DNA of 64,000 nucleotides from Candidatus Poribacteria bacterium (GTDB lineage: Bacteria; Poribacteria; WGA-4E; PCPOR2b): contig JAJDUM010000117.1 of NCBI GenBank assembly GCA_022826645.1, forward strand, positions 585-64,584, in the 5' to 3' direction. This document shows, piece after piece, positions 1 to 9,509 of the stretch; the first letter of the stretch is position 1, and every line of letters begins with the position of its first letter. The translations under genes and the position numbers were made by a program. The notes under the pieces were generated by a model, which worked only from the letters and a program-made list of their open reading frames with translations, was not told where the DNA came from and did no database searches.

Positions 1-2
1 TC

Positions 3-131
3 TTCGTTCATTATTCCAACGTTGAAGGAACTGGCTTCAAAACCCTTGATGAGGGACAAGAGGTCGAGTTTAATGTTGTGGAAGGGGACAAGGGACTCCA
101 GGCCGAAGAAGTCAGAAAAATTGACGGCTGA
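3..131 (+). CDS. cspA: Cold-shock domain protein, 3' part (5' end outside window)
   Basis: Manual translation from position 3 gives [42 protein letters not shown], with the RNP2-like FVH and the typical Csp C-terminus. Confidence 0.9.
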   Translation, partial: FVHYSNVEGTGFKTLDEGQEVEFNVVEGDKGLQAEEVRKIDG

Positions 132-158
132 TAAAGCTGACAAAAATAAAACCGGGAG

Positions 159-192
159 AAAAAGGCTCTCAAGTAATTGAGAGCCTTTTTTT
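159..192. terminator. Probable bidirectional intrinsic terminator
   Basis: AAAAA-GGCTCTCAA-gtaa-TTGAGAGCC-TTTTTTT between the convergent csp and TPR genes. Confidence 0.85.
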
Positions 193-390
193 ATTGGATT
201 GGATAGACTCAATGAACAATTATGTTCGAGTATCGCATTCCAGCAACTTACCCGCGCATGTGCTATACAAAATCAGAAGTTACTGGTATGGTTTAATAGA
301 ACAGGACTAGCTGAGAAGCTACTGCCTCTGCAAAAAACGAGTCAGATTGGCAGACCTCGTCTCAATTATCTTTCGCTCATGCAAGCGGCT

Positions 391-903
391 TTATCTTTTT
401 CGGAATACACCCCAACCTTGACGAATTCTATTTTTCCATGTAGGCAGGTCGTCGCCATCCTCAACGCTTGCGTTCTCATCACTTTCCGCATCCCCTTCTA
501 TTACATGCTGGTAGGCAGGTATTTCCTCTTCTACGTCAAACTGGGGCGTGCTCTGGATTAACCCAATATTGCGGCGTGCCTCATCAAAATCTGGATTAAT
601 CATTAACGCCTGCTTCCAACAGGCGAACGCCAACCGCGCGTTGCCTTGCTTGTAACAGATAACCCCCAACTTGTTGTAGGCTTCAGTTAAGGTGGGGTCA
701 ACAGAAAGTGCTCGCTTAAATGCTTCGATCGCGCTTTCAGTTTTACCTTGGTTCATGTAAGCACTTCCAAGGTTATAATATATCTCCGCAAGATTCGGAT
801 CTTTACGAACGATTTCTTCCCATTGAGCAATCGCCTCTTCAAAGCGATTCTGTTCCCAATATTCAATGGCTCGGTCGTTAGCGATTTCAGCTTGCTTACT
901 CAT
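391..903 (-). CDS. Tetratricopeptide repeat protein
   Basis: About three TPR units (AEIYYNLGSAY...A, EAYNKLGVICY...A, DP turns) and an acidic C-terminal tail. Confidence 0.85.
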   Translation of the reverse strand: MSKQAEIANDRAIEYWEQNRFEEAIAQWEEIVRKDPNLAEIYYNLGSAYMNQGKTESAIEAFKRALSVDPTLTEAYNKLGVICYKQGNARLAFACWKQALMINPDFDEARRNIGLIQSTPQFDVEEEIPAYQHVIEGDAESDENASVEDGDDLPTWKNRIRQGWGVFRKR

Positions 904-1085
904 GAATCATTCCAATCTGGTGGTATAGGTGGGTTGTGTAGGCTTGATATTAGCATTCACGAACAGCCGATCTGTTGCAGTTTATTTCCACTCTTTGGAG
1001 TTCGCGTAGATCGTATTTGCCCGGCTCTCTTTACCAAGCCACCTCAATATCAAGGAAGGCGATTAATTGTAACATTGCTAAACGA

Positions 1086-1114
1086 ACTATATCACATTTC
1101 GCAATTTCAGTCAA
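1086..1114 (-). promoter_or_regulatory. Putative sigma70 promoter of the TPR gene
   Basis: TTGACT-17 bp-TATAGT with extended -10 TGn on the minus strand. Confidence 0.55.
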
Positions 1115-1201
1115 CACCAAAGTCAAATAAACAGCGACACTTGGAGATACCCGCAGAGGCCCTGTTGGGATTTTAAAACAGCTTCACAAACAGGTTCAAT
1201 T

Positions 1202-1696
1202 TCAGTTGATTCGGATTTCCCTGGCAAGATCCCAGCTAAAGTCAAGGCAGTAGTCATGTTTTTTGCTTTCAGGTACGCAGATGATGCAGTACTTACCGTC
1301 GCGGGCGAAGCGATCGGTGATAGCAACAAGATTGAGTTCGTAGGAATAAATCATTTCAATAGCATCAAAAACGAGGAGATTGCGCGTTTGAAAATGTTTA
1401 TCAAGTAGATCTTCGACAGCGATTTGTATCAGGAGGTGTATCTTTGCTTTTGCGCCGGCGTAGGCGATTGAGGCCCGCTGCTTATCTAATTCATCAAGCA
1501 GATACAGATTCAGGTTCACGTAACAATCTGTAGCGTTGTCGTATCTTTCTTTGAGCAGGTGCTTGACTAAGTTCGTCTTGCCGGACTGGAAATCTCCGAT
1601 GAGACAAATGGTCCCGTGCTCAGGTCCCGAATCAATGTGAGCGATTAGTGCTTGGTAGGCTTTCCATTGATTTTCATCGAGTGGGTATATTGGCAT
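1202..1696 (-). CDS. Small P-loop NTPase-like protein, BREX BrxF-like
   Basis: Walker A GDFQSGKT, YVNLNLYL segment, Walker B-like LLVFDAIE; 164 aa; resemblance to BrxF recalled, not searched. Confidence 0.5.
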   Translation of the reverse strand: MPIYPLDENQWKAYQALIAHIDSGPEHGTICLIGDFQSGKTNLVKHLLKERYDNATDCYVNLNLYLLDELDKQRASIAYAGAKAKIHLLIQIAVEDLLDKHFQTRNLLVFDAIEMIYSYELNLVAITDRFARDGKYCIICVPESKKHDYCLDFSWDLAREIRIN

Positions 1697-1783
1697 GGGG
1701 TTGGACTCATATCAGAGAGGAGATGTCAAGAAATCTTCCCAGTGGAAGTGTGGCAGAGGAAACTCCTCCGTTTCTTTACACTG

Positions 1784-2197
1784 TCAAAAGGTTGCGGCTT
1801 TTTCGAAGAAGTCAATTTCGACCACATCTACGTTCGCTCGTCGGGCATTGTCAGCGACCCGCTGAATAACCATCTCGCGAACAAACGGGATAGGGATACG
1901 TTTGACGCGGTGGACAACTTCCTCTGTGCAGCGGATTGGGGTATTCCCCAAGAATGGGCCTTCTTCCGACTTTGCCTCAGAGGGGTGATCGCATGTCTCC
2001 GGCACAAGCTGCTGCAATCGCATTGAGACGTAATCAGTTACCCAACCTTTGAGCGCTTCTCCTTTCTCCTCATTAACAGCAGTTGGCTGGGGTCTGTCGT
2101 CCAACTTCTGACTAATACCAACCAACAAATCTTCCAAGCGATTCAACCGATCTTCAACCGCAGATAACCGTTCTTCAACTCTGTTTTCGCTGTTCAT
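1784..2197 (-). CDS. Coiled-coil plus PCP_red (BchB/ChlB C-terminal-like) domain protein
   Basis: N-terminal heptads (VEERLSAVEDRLNRLEDLL); C-terminal TEEVVHRVKRIPIPFVREMVIQRVADNARRAN matches the W/CTxEAxxRLxRVPxFVR pattern. Confidence 0.7.
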   Translation of the reverse strand: MNSENRVEERLSAVEDRLNRLEDLLVGISQKLDDRPQPTAVNEEKGEALKGWVTDYVSMRLQQLVPETCDHPSEAKSEEGPFLGNTPIRCTEEVVHRVKRIPIPFVREMVIQRVADNARRANVDVVEIDFFEKAATF

Positions 2198-2318
2198 TAT
2201 TTTTTCTCCTCAACTGTGCAAACATCATGCGTGAAACGCGAAACGTGGTTTAATTTTGAATCCCTGAGTAGATAAAGACTAACACAAACGCACTGAAGGT
2301 ATATCCATCAGCTTTATT

Positions 2319-3620
2319 TTAGCGCCGAGGTCTGAAGGACGGAATTCCTGTCTTATCAAACCGTTTTTTGACAGCTTTCATGATTTCCGGGGTAATTTCA
2401 GAGTAGCCGTGTTCGCGAGCATATTTCTCGACACTTTTGGTGACCATCCCCCGCGCGAAGGAGGGTACCCGGCCTAATCTTTGCTGCGCAGCCTCTGTCC
2501 ATTGTAACTCGTAATCGGTTTCAGCTGCGAACGGGGTAGTCTTCTCAAACTTAATGTTTGTCTCTCCGGCTTGCCCTGGTTGATAATCGCAGGAGGGATC
2601 TTCAGCAAGATAGTTATCAGTGGCGGCATAGGCACGCGCGCGACAGCCGCCGCAGACGTCTCGAAATTCGCAAACCCCACACTTGCCTTCCAGTAATTTT
2701 CGATCTCGCAACTCTTGAAAGACCTTGGACTGATTCCACAGCGTTGCAAAACTGTCCGTCTTTAGATTGCCAACACTGACCGGCATATACGGACACGGCG
2801 TCAGATCGCCTTCAGGAGTGATACGGCAGTAGTAGATACCACAGGGGCACGTGCCGCTCGGATACGCTTGTAGGAAAGGCGAGTCTGATTGTTGTTCATA
2901 AATAACTCGTTTGTAGTGTGGTGCACATTTTGCCGCTACAAGCATTTTACCGCGATATTTCGCCTGTAACTCAAAGAGCGTCGAAAGCATTGTTTCATAT
3001 TGAGCGGGGGTGATGTCCATCACTGTTTTTCCCCTGCCAGTTCTCACAAGGAAATAGAGATTGAAGACCTTGGCACCAAGTTCATAGGCAAAATCAACGA
3101 TTTGTGGGATCTCGTCGTAATTCCAACGGGTCACAGAGGTCTGCACAAGGAAATCGAGGTTTGCGCGCTTCAGTGCTTCGACGCCGTTCATGGTGCCTTC
3201 CCAAGCCCCTTCGATTCCTCGGAACTTGTCGTGATTGACTGGATCTACCGCATCCAAACTAATACCGGCTCCAGCGACACCGTGATCACTCATTCTCTGA
3301 ACCGTTTCGTCGTTCAGCAGGACACCGTTCGTACCCATCACTACTAAGAATCCGGTTCGAGCCGCGTACTCTGAGATTTTCAGAATGTCAGGACGCAGCA
3401 ACGGTTCCCCACCTGTGAGAATCAGGAGGATGTTGGGATTAATTTCGGCAATCTCATCAATCACGCGGAAACACTGGTTTTGGGTCAACTCTGTATCTCG
3501 ATAATATCCGCTCGGAAATTCGTTGGTATCCACAAACCCAGCGGGGAGATAGCAGTGTGTACATTTGAGATTGCATAGCCGTGTGATATTCCATGAAACG
3601 GCTTGGACTTTCGTTTCCAT
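2319..3620 (-). CDS. Radical SAM/SPASM protein (NirJ/AhbD-like) with C-terminal PCP_red domain
   Basis: CNLKCTHC, TGGEPL, KCAPHY, SPASM cysteines CGVCEFRDVCGGCRARA...C; tail WTEAAQQRLGRVPSFARGM. Confidence 0.88.
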   Translation of the reverse strand: METKVQAVSWNITRLCNLKCTHCYLPAGFVDTNEFPSGYYRDTELTQNQCFRVIDEIAEINPNILLILTGGEPLLRPDILKISEYAARTGFLVVMGTNGVLLNDETVQRMSDHGVAGAGISLDAVDPVNHDKFRGIEGAWEGTMNGVEALKRANLDFLVQTSVTRWNYDEIPQIVDFAYELGAKVFNLYFLVRTGRGKTVMDITPAQYETMLSTLFELQAKYRGKMLVAAKCAPHYKRVIYEQQSDSPFLQAYPSGTCPCGIYYCRITPEGDLTPCPYMPVSVGNLKTDSFATLWNQSKVFQELRDRKLLEGKCGVCEFRDVCGGCRARAYAATDNYLAEDPSCDYQPGQAGETNIKFEKTTPFAAETDYELQWTEAAQQRLGRVPSFARGMVTKSVEKYAREHGYSEITPEIMKAVKKRFDKTGIPSFRPRR

Positions 3621-3655
3621 CTATCTGCTTCCTTAATAATGCTTTCCTCAACCGA

Positions 3656-4147
3656 TCAATCCACTCTCAAAATCAAAGACAGTACAAAGACAACAAGCCC
3701 GGCAAGTATCGTAAAAATTCCGAATAGGTCTACTTTCCTTCGCAATTTGGCAACCACTGAAGCATCGAAAGTCGGGTTTGCCACCGCCGACTCTAATCTT
3801 CGATTGAAAACTGCGATATGCAGGCTATGAAACAGCGTCATCAATCCAACAAAGACAAGTTTCGCGATAAAAAGGACAAAATAGCCCTGAGAAAAACCCA
3901 TCTGCGTGTTCAGTCCGACGATGAACAGGTTCATCGCACCGGTAATCAGGAGAACATGGATTGTGAAACGGATAACATGCCGTAGACGATTCCGGATCGC
4001 GGTGGTATGTTGGACACTTTCAAGGATTTGAAAATGCTTTCTCAGAATCGGAGTTGCGACGCTGAGAGAAAAAAAGATTCCACCAAACCAAACGATTGCT
4101 GCGATAAGGTGTATCCAACGGATAAAAAGTTCGACAATTGGACGCAT
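3656..4147 (-). CDS. Four-TM membrane protein, CopD/DUF4149-like
   Basis: RWIHLIAAIVWFGG signature and four hydrophobic helices with His residues. Confidence 0.65.
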   Translation of the reverse strand: MRPIVELFIRWIHLIAAIVWFGGIFFSLSVATPILRKHFQILESVQHTTAIRNRLRHVIRFTIHVLLITGAMNLFIVGLNTQMGFSQGYFVLFIAKLVFVGLMTLFHSLHIAVFNRRLESAVANPTFDASVVAKLRRKVDLFGIFTILAGLVVFVLSLILRVD

Positions 4148-4158
4148 ATTGGATACTA

Positions 4159-4677
4159 CTAGAGAATGTATTGTTCACGCCTTTGGAGGATTCCGTATTC
4201 TTCACATTTCTGGATTATCAACTCTGAATTTTTACAGTTCTCCAAAATGTCATAATTTTCTTTCAAGGCACTTATCTTGTTAATGGAAATACTTTTCTGA
4301 CCCAGAGGTTCAATAAGAACAGTCGGAACAAAATAAAGTTCAAATGAGTTGTCGCCTATGGGATGAACACCAATTACAACATCTGCGGTTTCTGGCGATT
4401 GTATATACTCTTTAACTCCTGATTTATACTCCCTATCCACTCCCCCTCTGGAACCTCCAGTAAAGCTAATACTGCTAGTCGCAGTTTTGACTTGAGCTCG
4501 AATAATGTCATCATTTCCATCTTCATCTTTTTGGACAATGATTATATCATAGGTTGATAGAGGCAAATCAACTAACGAAACATTCTGATATCTTTTCATC
4601 AAAAGCCCAACAACAATGTGCTCATGTGCAAAACCATCTATCGATGCTTGTCGGCCTCTCTCTTCAGCTATCTTCAT
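4159..4677 (-). CDS. Putative type II restriction endonuclease, PD-(D/E)xK fold
   Basis: E...YDIII...RAQVKT nuclease motif; lies immediately downstream of a DNA methyltransferase; AT-rich. Confidence 0.7.
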   Translation of the reverse strand: MKIAEERGRQASIDGFAHEHIVVGLLMKRYQNVSLVDLPLSTYDIIIVQKDEDGNDDIIRAQVKTATSSISFTGGSRGGVDREYKSGVKEYIQSPETADVVIGVHPIGDNSFELYFVPTVLIEPLGQKSISINKISALKENYDILENCKNSELIIQKCEEYGILQRREQYIL

Positions 4678-4689
4678 ATTTCCCCCATC

Positions 4690-6120
4690 TCATTTTCTGA
4701 GTACCAGAATCCAGTCTGTGTTGATTCGTTCCTCTCTGGGGACTTTAATGAAATGTTTGATAATCTCCGACCCAAAATAGTTTTCAATATTAAATCCGAT
4801 ATTTTCTGCCAACGTCATCAGATACTTCCAACTTTCAAATAGCTGGCCACGCATACGATTATTGCCCACGACAATAATGTATCGTCCTCCATCGCGCAAC
4901 ACCGAATAAACTTGGGACAGATTTTTCTGCATATCGTCCAAGTATTTGAAAGCGATATACGCCCGTCTTGGATCCTGTTCAAAAATCTTCTCAATGACAC
5001 TATCCGCCTCCTCCACACCAATCTGATGTCGGGTTCGATAATCCTGCGATGAAACACTTTCCGTTCCAACATGCTTTTTCTTTAAGGGTGTTAAGGTGCC
5101 ATCGGCAAACCCCAACCAATAGAGCTCCAATTGATGGGTTCTCGGATAATCGACTGCATTCGCATACGGCGGTGAAGTCAGAACCAAGTCAAAAGTTCCT
5201 GCATCGTACCTGATATTCCGTGCGTCCATGTTTGCTGGAAAGCTTACGGTTATATCTTGTGGTACGTTTTGAGAAAATTCTATCATCTTGGGCACTTTAA
5301 CTAGCACCGTTTCTACAAATTTTCTCAGGGCATCGGAGGGATTGACCTGTTTTTTTAGTACCTTGCGAATTACAGTCCTCGTGCAATTATCATCAGCATT
5401 GGATATGGAACGGATAATCGAGGAGAAACAGACCTTGAAGAAGTCTTTAACGCGCTCACTCTTATCAAGGGACTCAATAGCCTTTTTTAGGTAAGCCAAT
5501 TCTAAAGTTATTTCTCTGTTGAACCAATTATCCCTGTAAGGGAAGGACGGTATATCCGATTCTGATACTAGAGCGGGTTGATAGGCTTCCACGGCATTAA
5601 AGAGAGATTCTTGAGCTTCAACGAGTTCTTTTTTAGCTAAAGGCGTTACCTTGACTGTTGATATGAAGCGAGAAAATGGATCGACATCAATACCAACAGA
5701 GTTCCGTTTTAGTAAAAGTGCCTCAACGTTTGTGGTCCCGCTCCCCGAAAACGGGTCAAGAATCATATCGTTTTCTTGAGAATACCGTTTGATTAACCAT
5801 CGCGGTAATTCGGGGAAAAACTTGGCGGGATACTTATGCAATCCGTGGGTAAAATGGCTCTGGTCATAGCTAATGAACAGAAATCTATCGCCATCATTAA
5901 CAGGTAACTCCACAGGAATGTCCCCATCGACCTGCACAATTTCCTCGCCGAATGGATTCACAATTTTCTTAACATTGTCCACCGGTTGCTGTGCATGATG
6001 TTCCGGTCGTTTCCGCCTGCCGTTTCTTTTCGCAACCTTCGCTGATATGGCTGACAGTGAAATGGGGTACCATGGTAGATCTATTGGGGCTTGTGTGAGA
6101 CGAATATCTTCCGTTTCCAC
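4690..6120 (-). CDS. DNA methyltransferase, probably N4-cytosine, alpha-type motif order
   Basis: HKYPAKF, motif I DPFSGSGTT, then motif IV TSPPY. Confidence 0.88.
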   Translation of the reverse strand: METEDIRLTQAPIDLPWYPISLSAISAKVAKRNGRRKRPEHHAQQPVDNVKKIVNPFGEEIVQVDGDIPVELPVNDGDRFLFISYDQSHFTHGLHKYPAKFFPELPRWLIKRYSQENDMILDPFSGSGTTNVEALLLKRNSVGIDVDPFSRFISTVKVTPLAKKELVEAQESLFNAVEAYQPALVSESDIPSFPYRDNWFNREITLELAYLKKAIESLDKSERVKDFFKVCFSSIIRSISNADDNCTRTVIRKVLKKQVNPSDALRKFVETVLVKVPKMIEFSQNVPQDITVSFPANMDARNIRYDAGTFDLVLTSPPYANAVDYPRTHQLELYWLGFADGTLTPLKKKHVGTESVSSQDYRTRHQIGVEEADSVIEKIFEQDPRRAYIAFKYLDDMQKNLSQVYSVLRDGGRYIIVVGNNRMRGQLFESWKYLMTLAENIGFNIENYFGSEIIKHFIKVPREERINTDWILVLRK

Positions 6121-6132
6121 TGTGATAAACTC

Positions 6133-6636
6133 CTACATTCCAAAGTTACCCCGTGCAGTATCCATAACTTCGGCAGTGATTTCGGTGTGTCCATTCTCAC
6201 GGGCGAACTCTTCGATGCCAGTCTTCGCCATTGAGCGGACGAAACTAGGTACGCGCTCCAAACGCGCTAAGGCTTCTGGTGTCCATACCGGTCCGGTCGC
6301 CTCCACCGGCTCCTGAAATGCTTCCGCTACAACCGATGTGAACGGGCATTTCCCGCCGCCTTCGGTGGATACCGTCGGTGCTTCGGCGGTCAGATTGTCC
6401 GGGTTCTGCTGATTCAGAAAGGAACGTACCATCTGCATCGGCTGTGCCGCTTCGCTCTTGCCACCGAGTTGAACATCAAGGGATTTTAGCATTTGGGTCT
6501 CCCACGGGTTCATGTGCATTGCGAACTCGGCAAAGCAATCTGGGCACTCGAAAATCGCCGTCAAGGAGCCTTGATCCGGCGTCGCTGTTTCCTTAAATTC
6601 CATCGCTGTGTTGCATTCAAGGCATAAGAATTTCAT
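6133..6636 (-). CDS. Zinc-ribbon plus PCP_red domain protein
   Basis: CLEC...CPDC, a GKCPF motif, and C-terminal WTPEALARLERVPSFVRSM. Confidence 0.8.
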   Translation of the reverse strand: MKFLCLECNTAMEFKETATPDQGSLTAIFECPDCFAEFAMHMNPWETQMLKSLDVQLGGKSEAAQPMQMVRSFLNQQNPDNLTAEAPTVSTEGGGKCPFTSVVAEAFQEPVEATGPVWTPEALARLERVPSFVRSMAKTGIEEFARENGHTEITAEVMDTARGNFGM

Positions 6637-6717
6637 TGATTGACTCCATTTGAAATTGAATCGAATTTTGGCTTATATGATAAAGAAATCTTGTCATGCT
6701 GACAGGGAAATTCACGT

Positions 6718-7203
6718 CTAACGATTCTCATTGACAATCTGATTTAGTTGTTCTTGAAGGATCTGAAGTTGCGGTGTTCCGTTAAGAATACGTATCGCGT
6801 CCATACAACTATCTTTGACAAAAGGGACTTCCTTGGGGCCATTAAGGCATTGATGCAGTGCTGCTCGTGACTCGACATATTTGATGTGGGATAGTGCACT
6901 AGCAGAGAGCATCCGGATGTCGTCGTTTGGATCGTTTATCAGCAGTTCGATTAGTTTTTCTCCAATATCTTGCTTTTCAGGCCAATGACCACCCAACAAA
7001 TGAACCGCATTCAGACGGAATATTTCGTTTGGGGAGTCCAACAGTTCTATCAAGAACTTCCGAAGTGGCTCATAGCGTTTTTCAGCTAATGGATGGGCTA
7101 TCCGATAGAATTTATGCTCTGACACCTGTCCATTTTGACATAGATTCTTTAACTTAGCAAGGTTTTCTGTCAAATCACACAAGATGTATTCCCTCACCGA
7201 CAT
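6718..7203 (-). CDS. HEAT/PBS-lyase repeat protein
   Basis: LLDSPNEIFRLNAVHLLG and LINDPNDDIRMLSASALS repeats. Confidence 0.7.
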   Translation of the reverse strand: MSVREYILCDLTENLAKLKNLCQNGQVSEHKFYRIAHPLAEKRYEPLRKFLIELLDSPNEIFRLNAVHLLGGHWPEKQDIGEKLIELLINDPNDDIRMLSASALSHIKYVESRAALHQCLNGPKEVPFVKDSCMDAIRILNGTPQLQILQEQLNQIVNENR

Positions 7204-7285
7204 TCCATCGAATTGTTCCCATCAACCTCTCCACAATGGACACAACCGGGTGTGTAAAATCCCTAACACTACCCTGTATCGTGCA

Positions 7286-8179
7286 TCATACTTCATGATT
7301 GAAGAACGCTTCAATTTTCTCCGCAAGTGCTATTAATGTCCTACCTGCGGGAGTATCTCGGTGTTGATCAACAAACACGCTACCTTCATCCGACGCAATA
7401 GAGATCCGAGGATCGAACGGTATTTTGCCGAGCAGAGAAACGTCAAATTGACGTGCCATCTCCTCCGTGTGTCCCGATGGAAACAGATCTTCGGTTTTGC
7501 CACAATCGGCGCACACATAGGCGGCCATATTTTCGACGACCCCGATCACCGGTGCGTTGAGTAGTTTTTTTGCCATCGTCAGCGATTTTTTGACGACAAG
7601 CTGGGACACTCCAGAAGGGATTGTAACAACAACTGTGCCGCCAAGATTAGGCAGGAGATCGACAAGATTTGGCAATCGGTCAGTACCGGGGGGAAGATCG
7701 ATTAACAAATAATCAAGAGATCCCCATTCAGTATCGGAGAGAAATTCACGGAGGGCACTCATTTCCATGGTCCCCCGCCAAGTGAAAGCATCCTTCTGCG
7801 TTTGGGCTTCCCAGAGGACCGGCGTTTCGTCGTCCTTGAGGAAGAGATCCATTGACATCACCTTGACCCCAAGTGGACTGAGGGCAGGTTTCACACCATC
7901 GTCACCATAATCAATTCGCTGCCCTCTCACCCCCATCATTTTAGCGATCGAGGGCCCATTGATGTCAGCGTCAATCACGCCAACACTGTGTCCGCGCAAC
8001 CCAAGTGCCGAAGCGAGGTTTGCCGTGACCGAACTCTTGCCGACGCCGCCTTTTCCACTCATGATGGCAACAATGTGGCGGACCGACGCCAATCGTTGTT
8101 GTAAGCGATTGACTTGCTGCGTTACTTGTCCAATGATGTTAGAACCGCCATCGGCGGGGAGGTCTTTGTAGGTTTTCAT
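7286..8179 (-). CDS. mrp: Mrp/NBP35 (ApbC) Fe-S cluster carrier ATPase
   Basis: SGKGGVGKS, DADINGPS, DLPPGTD, ENMAAYVCADCG; start moved to ATG 8179. Confidence 0.9.
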   Translation of the reverse strand: MKTYKDLPADGGSNIIGQVTQQVNRLQQRLASVRHIVAIMSGKGGVGKSSVTANLASALGLRGHSVGVIDADINGPSIAKMMGVRGQRIDYGDDGVKPALSPLGVKVMSMDLFLKDDETPVLWEAQTQKDAFTWRGTMEMSALREFLSDTEWGSLDYLLIDLPPGTDRLPNLVDLLPNLGGTVVVTIPSGVSQLVVKKSLTMAKKLLNAPVIGVVENMAAYVCADCGKTEDLFPSGHTEEMARQFDVSLLGKIPFDPRISIASDEGSVFVDQHRDTPAGRTLIALAEKIEAFFNHEV

Positions 8180-8260
8180 AAGAGGCAATATCTTAACCGT
8201 TATGCGTGAACTTGAGATGTCTGACTTCGGGAACAACCACAACGAGGCGACGAGCGAGGG

Positions 8261-8293
8261 CATGGCAGAAAAAAATCAGCGTTTTCTGCCATG
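8261..8293. terminator. Intergenic hairpin
   Basis: CATGGCAGAAAA...TTTTCTGCCATG inverted repeat between the MetE-like gene and mrp. Confidence 0.45.
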
Positions 8294-8322
8294 CAGGAAG
8301 TGTGTTTGAACGTTTTCATGGG

Positions 8323-9492
8323 TTATGACGCTTCTGAACGCAATATCTCGGCGGCATGATGGATGACCTGTAATTTTTGCGCCGCGATTTTTGTTGTGTT
8401 TACGGGGCGGTCTGCGAATGTTCCAAAGCCACAATCGGGGTTTAGATAGATCTGCTCCGGTTTACGGTGATTTAATAGTGCACGAACCTTGTCTAATACG
8501 AAATCAACCGATTCGACTTCGGTGGTACGCGGGTCAGTGACGCCGAGTCCGATCTCTTTGTCGGGGGGAAGGTCGCCGAGGGCATCAATGCTTCCCGCCC
8601 GCTCTGTCGCGTATTCAAGCACAAACTGATCGACGTCCATCCGGCTAAAATATGGAATCAGAAAATCGTAAGAACCGCGAAGCAGGACATCCTCCTGTTG
8701 GCTCCAGTTGCCGCGGCAGACATGCAGGGCGGTTTTCATTTCACCGTCAATCCCTTCAACCACGCGATTCAGCAGTTCAACCGCGAAGTTGAGTTCTTCT
8801 TCAGGACTGCTCTTTTCTGAAAGTGCAGCACACATAAACGTGTGAGTTTCGTGGGGACCGGTAAAAGCGACTTCGGTCAACACCGGTTCATCGAACTGAA
8901 CAAATTGACACCCCGCGTCCCGTAGCGCATTTAATTCTTCGCGGAGGACCGCAACGACATCGTCCCCCAGAGCTTCTTTATCGGGATAAAAGTCGTAGGA
9001 GAGACGCTTCACCCACATCGACCGGGTCAGGAGATACGGTCCAGGCAAGGTGGCTTTGATCGGTTTGGTTGTGTGCGACTTGAGAAACAGGTAGTCATTC
9101 AACACGAGTGGGAATCTGCGCCCCAGTTGTCCATCGACGACCGGATTTTTCAGGGCGAACGCCGGGACATCCAAAGCGTTGAGCAATTGTTCAAATGCGG
9201 CTTTATCCTCGACATAGTCAAGCATTTCCGCAAGTGTCATCAACCGGATACCGTCAATACACTGGGTGATAAAAGAGTAGAAATTGTCCCGCCGTTGTTC
9301 GCCGTCGCTGACGATATCGACCCCGACGCTTTCCTGCAACTTGAGGGCTTCGAGCACCGCCTCATCCGCAACCGCGTTAAATTCAGCATCCGTGATTCCA
9401 CTTTTCTGTCTGTTACGCAATGCTCTCGAAACCGCCCGCGAGCGGGGTAAACTCCCGACGACAGTTACGGGAAATTGGGGTAGATTTTTCAT
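8323..9492 (-). CDS. Cobalamin-independent methionine synthase II family protein (single-barrel MetE-like)
   Basis: VGSLPR, SDGEQRR, QFDEP, Zn ligands LHVCRGN, LEY and PDCGF; 389 aa, lacking the N-terminal barrel. Confidence 0.88.
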   Translation of the reverse strand: MKNLPQFPVTVVGSLPRSRAVSRALRNRQKSGITDAEFNAVADEAVLEALKLQESVGVDIVSDGEQRRDNFYSFITQCIDGIRLMTLAEMLDYVEDKAAFEQLLNALDVPAFALKNPVVDGQLGRRFPLVLNDYLFLKSHTTKPIKATLPGPYLLTRSMWVKRLSYDFYPDKEALGDDVVAVLREELNALRDAGCQFVQFDEPVLTEVAFTGPHETHTFMCAALSEKSSPEEELNFAVELLNRVVEGIDGEMKTALHVCRGNWSQQEDVLLRGSYDFLIPYFSRMDVDQFVLEYATERAGSIDALGDLPPDKEIGLGVTDPRTTEVESVDFVLDKVRALLNHRKPEQIYLNPDCGFGTFADRPVNTTKIAAQKLQVIHHAAEILRSEAS

Positions 9493-9509
9493 GGCTCAAA
9501 CCTCCTGTA

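Noticed and set aside
904-1080. Riboswitch or leader peptide in the long TPR gene leader
   Set aside because: No recognisable riboswitch consensus or convincing small ORF by eye
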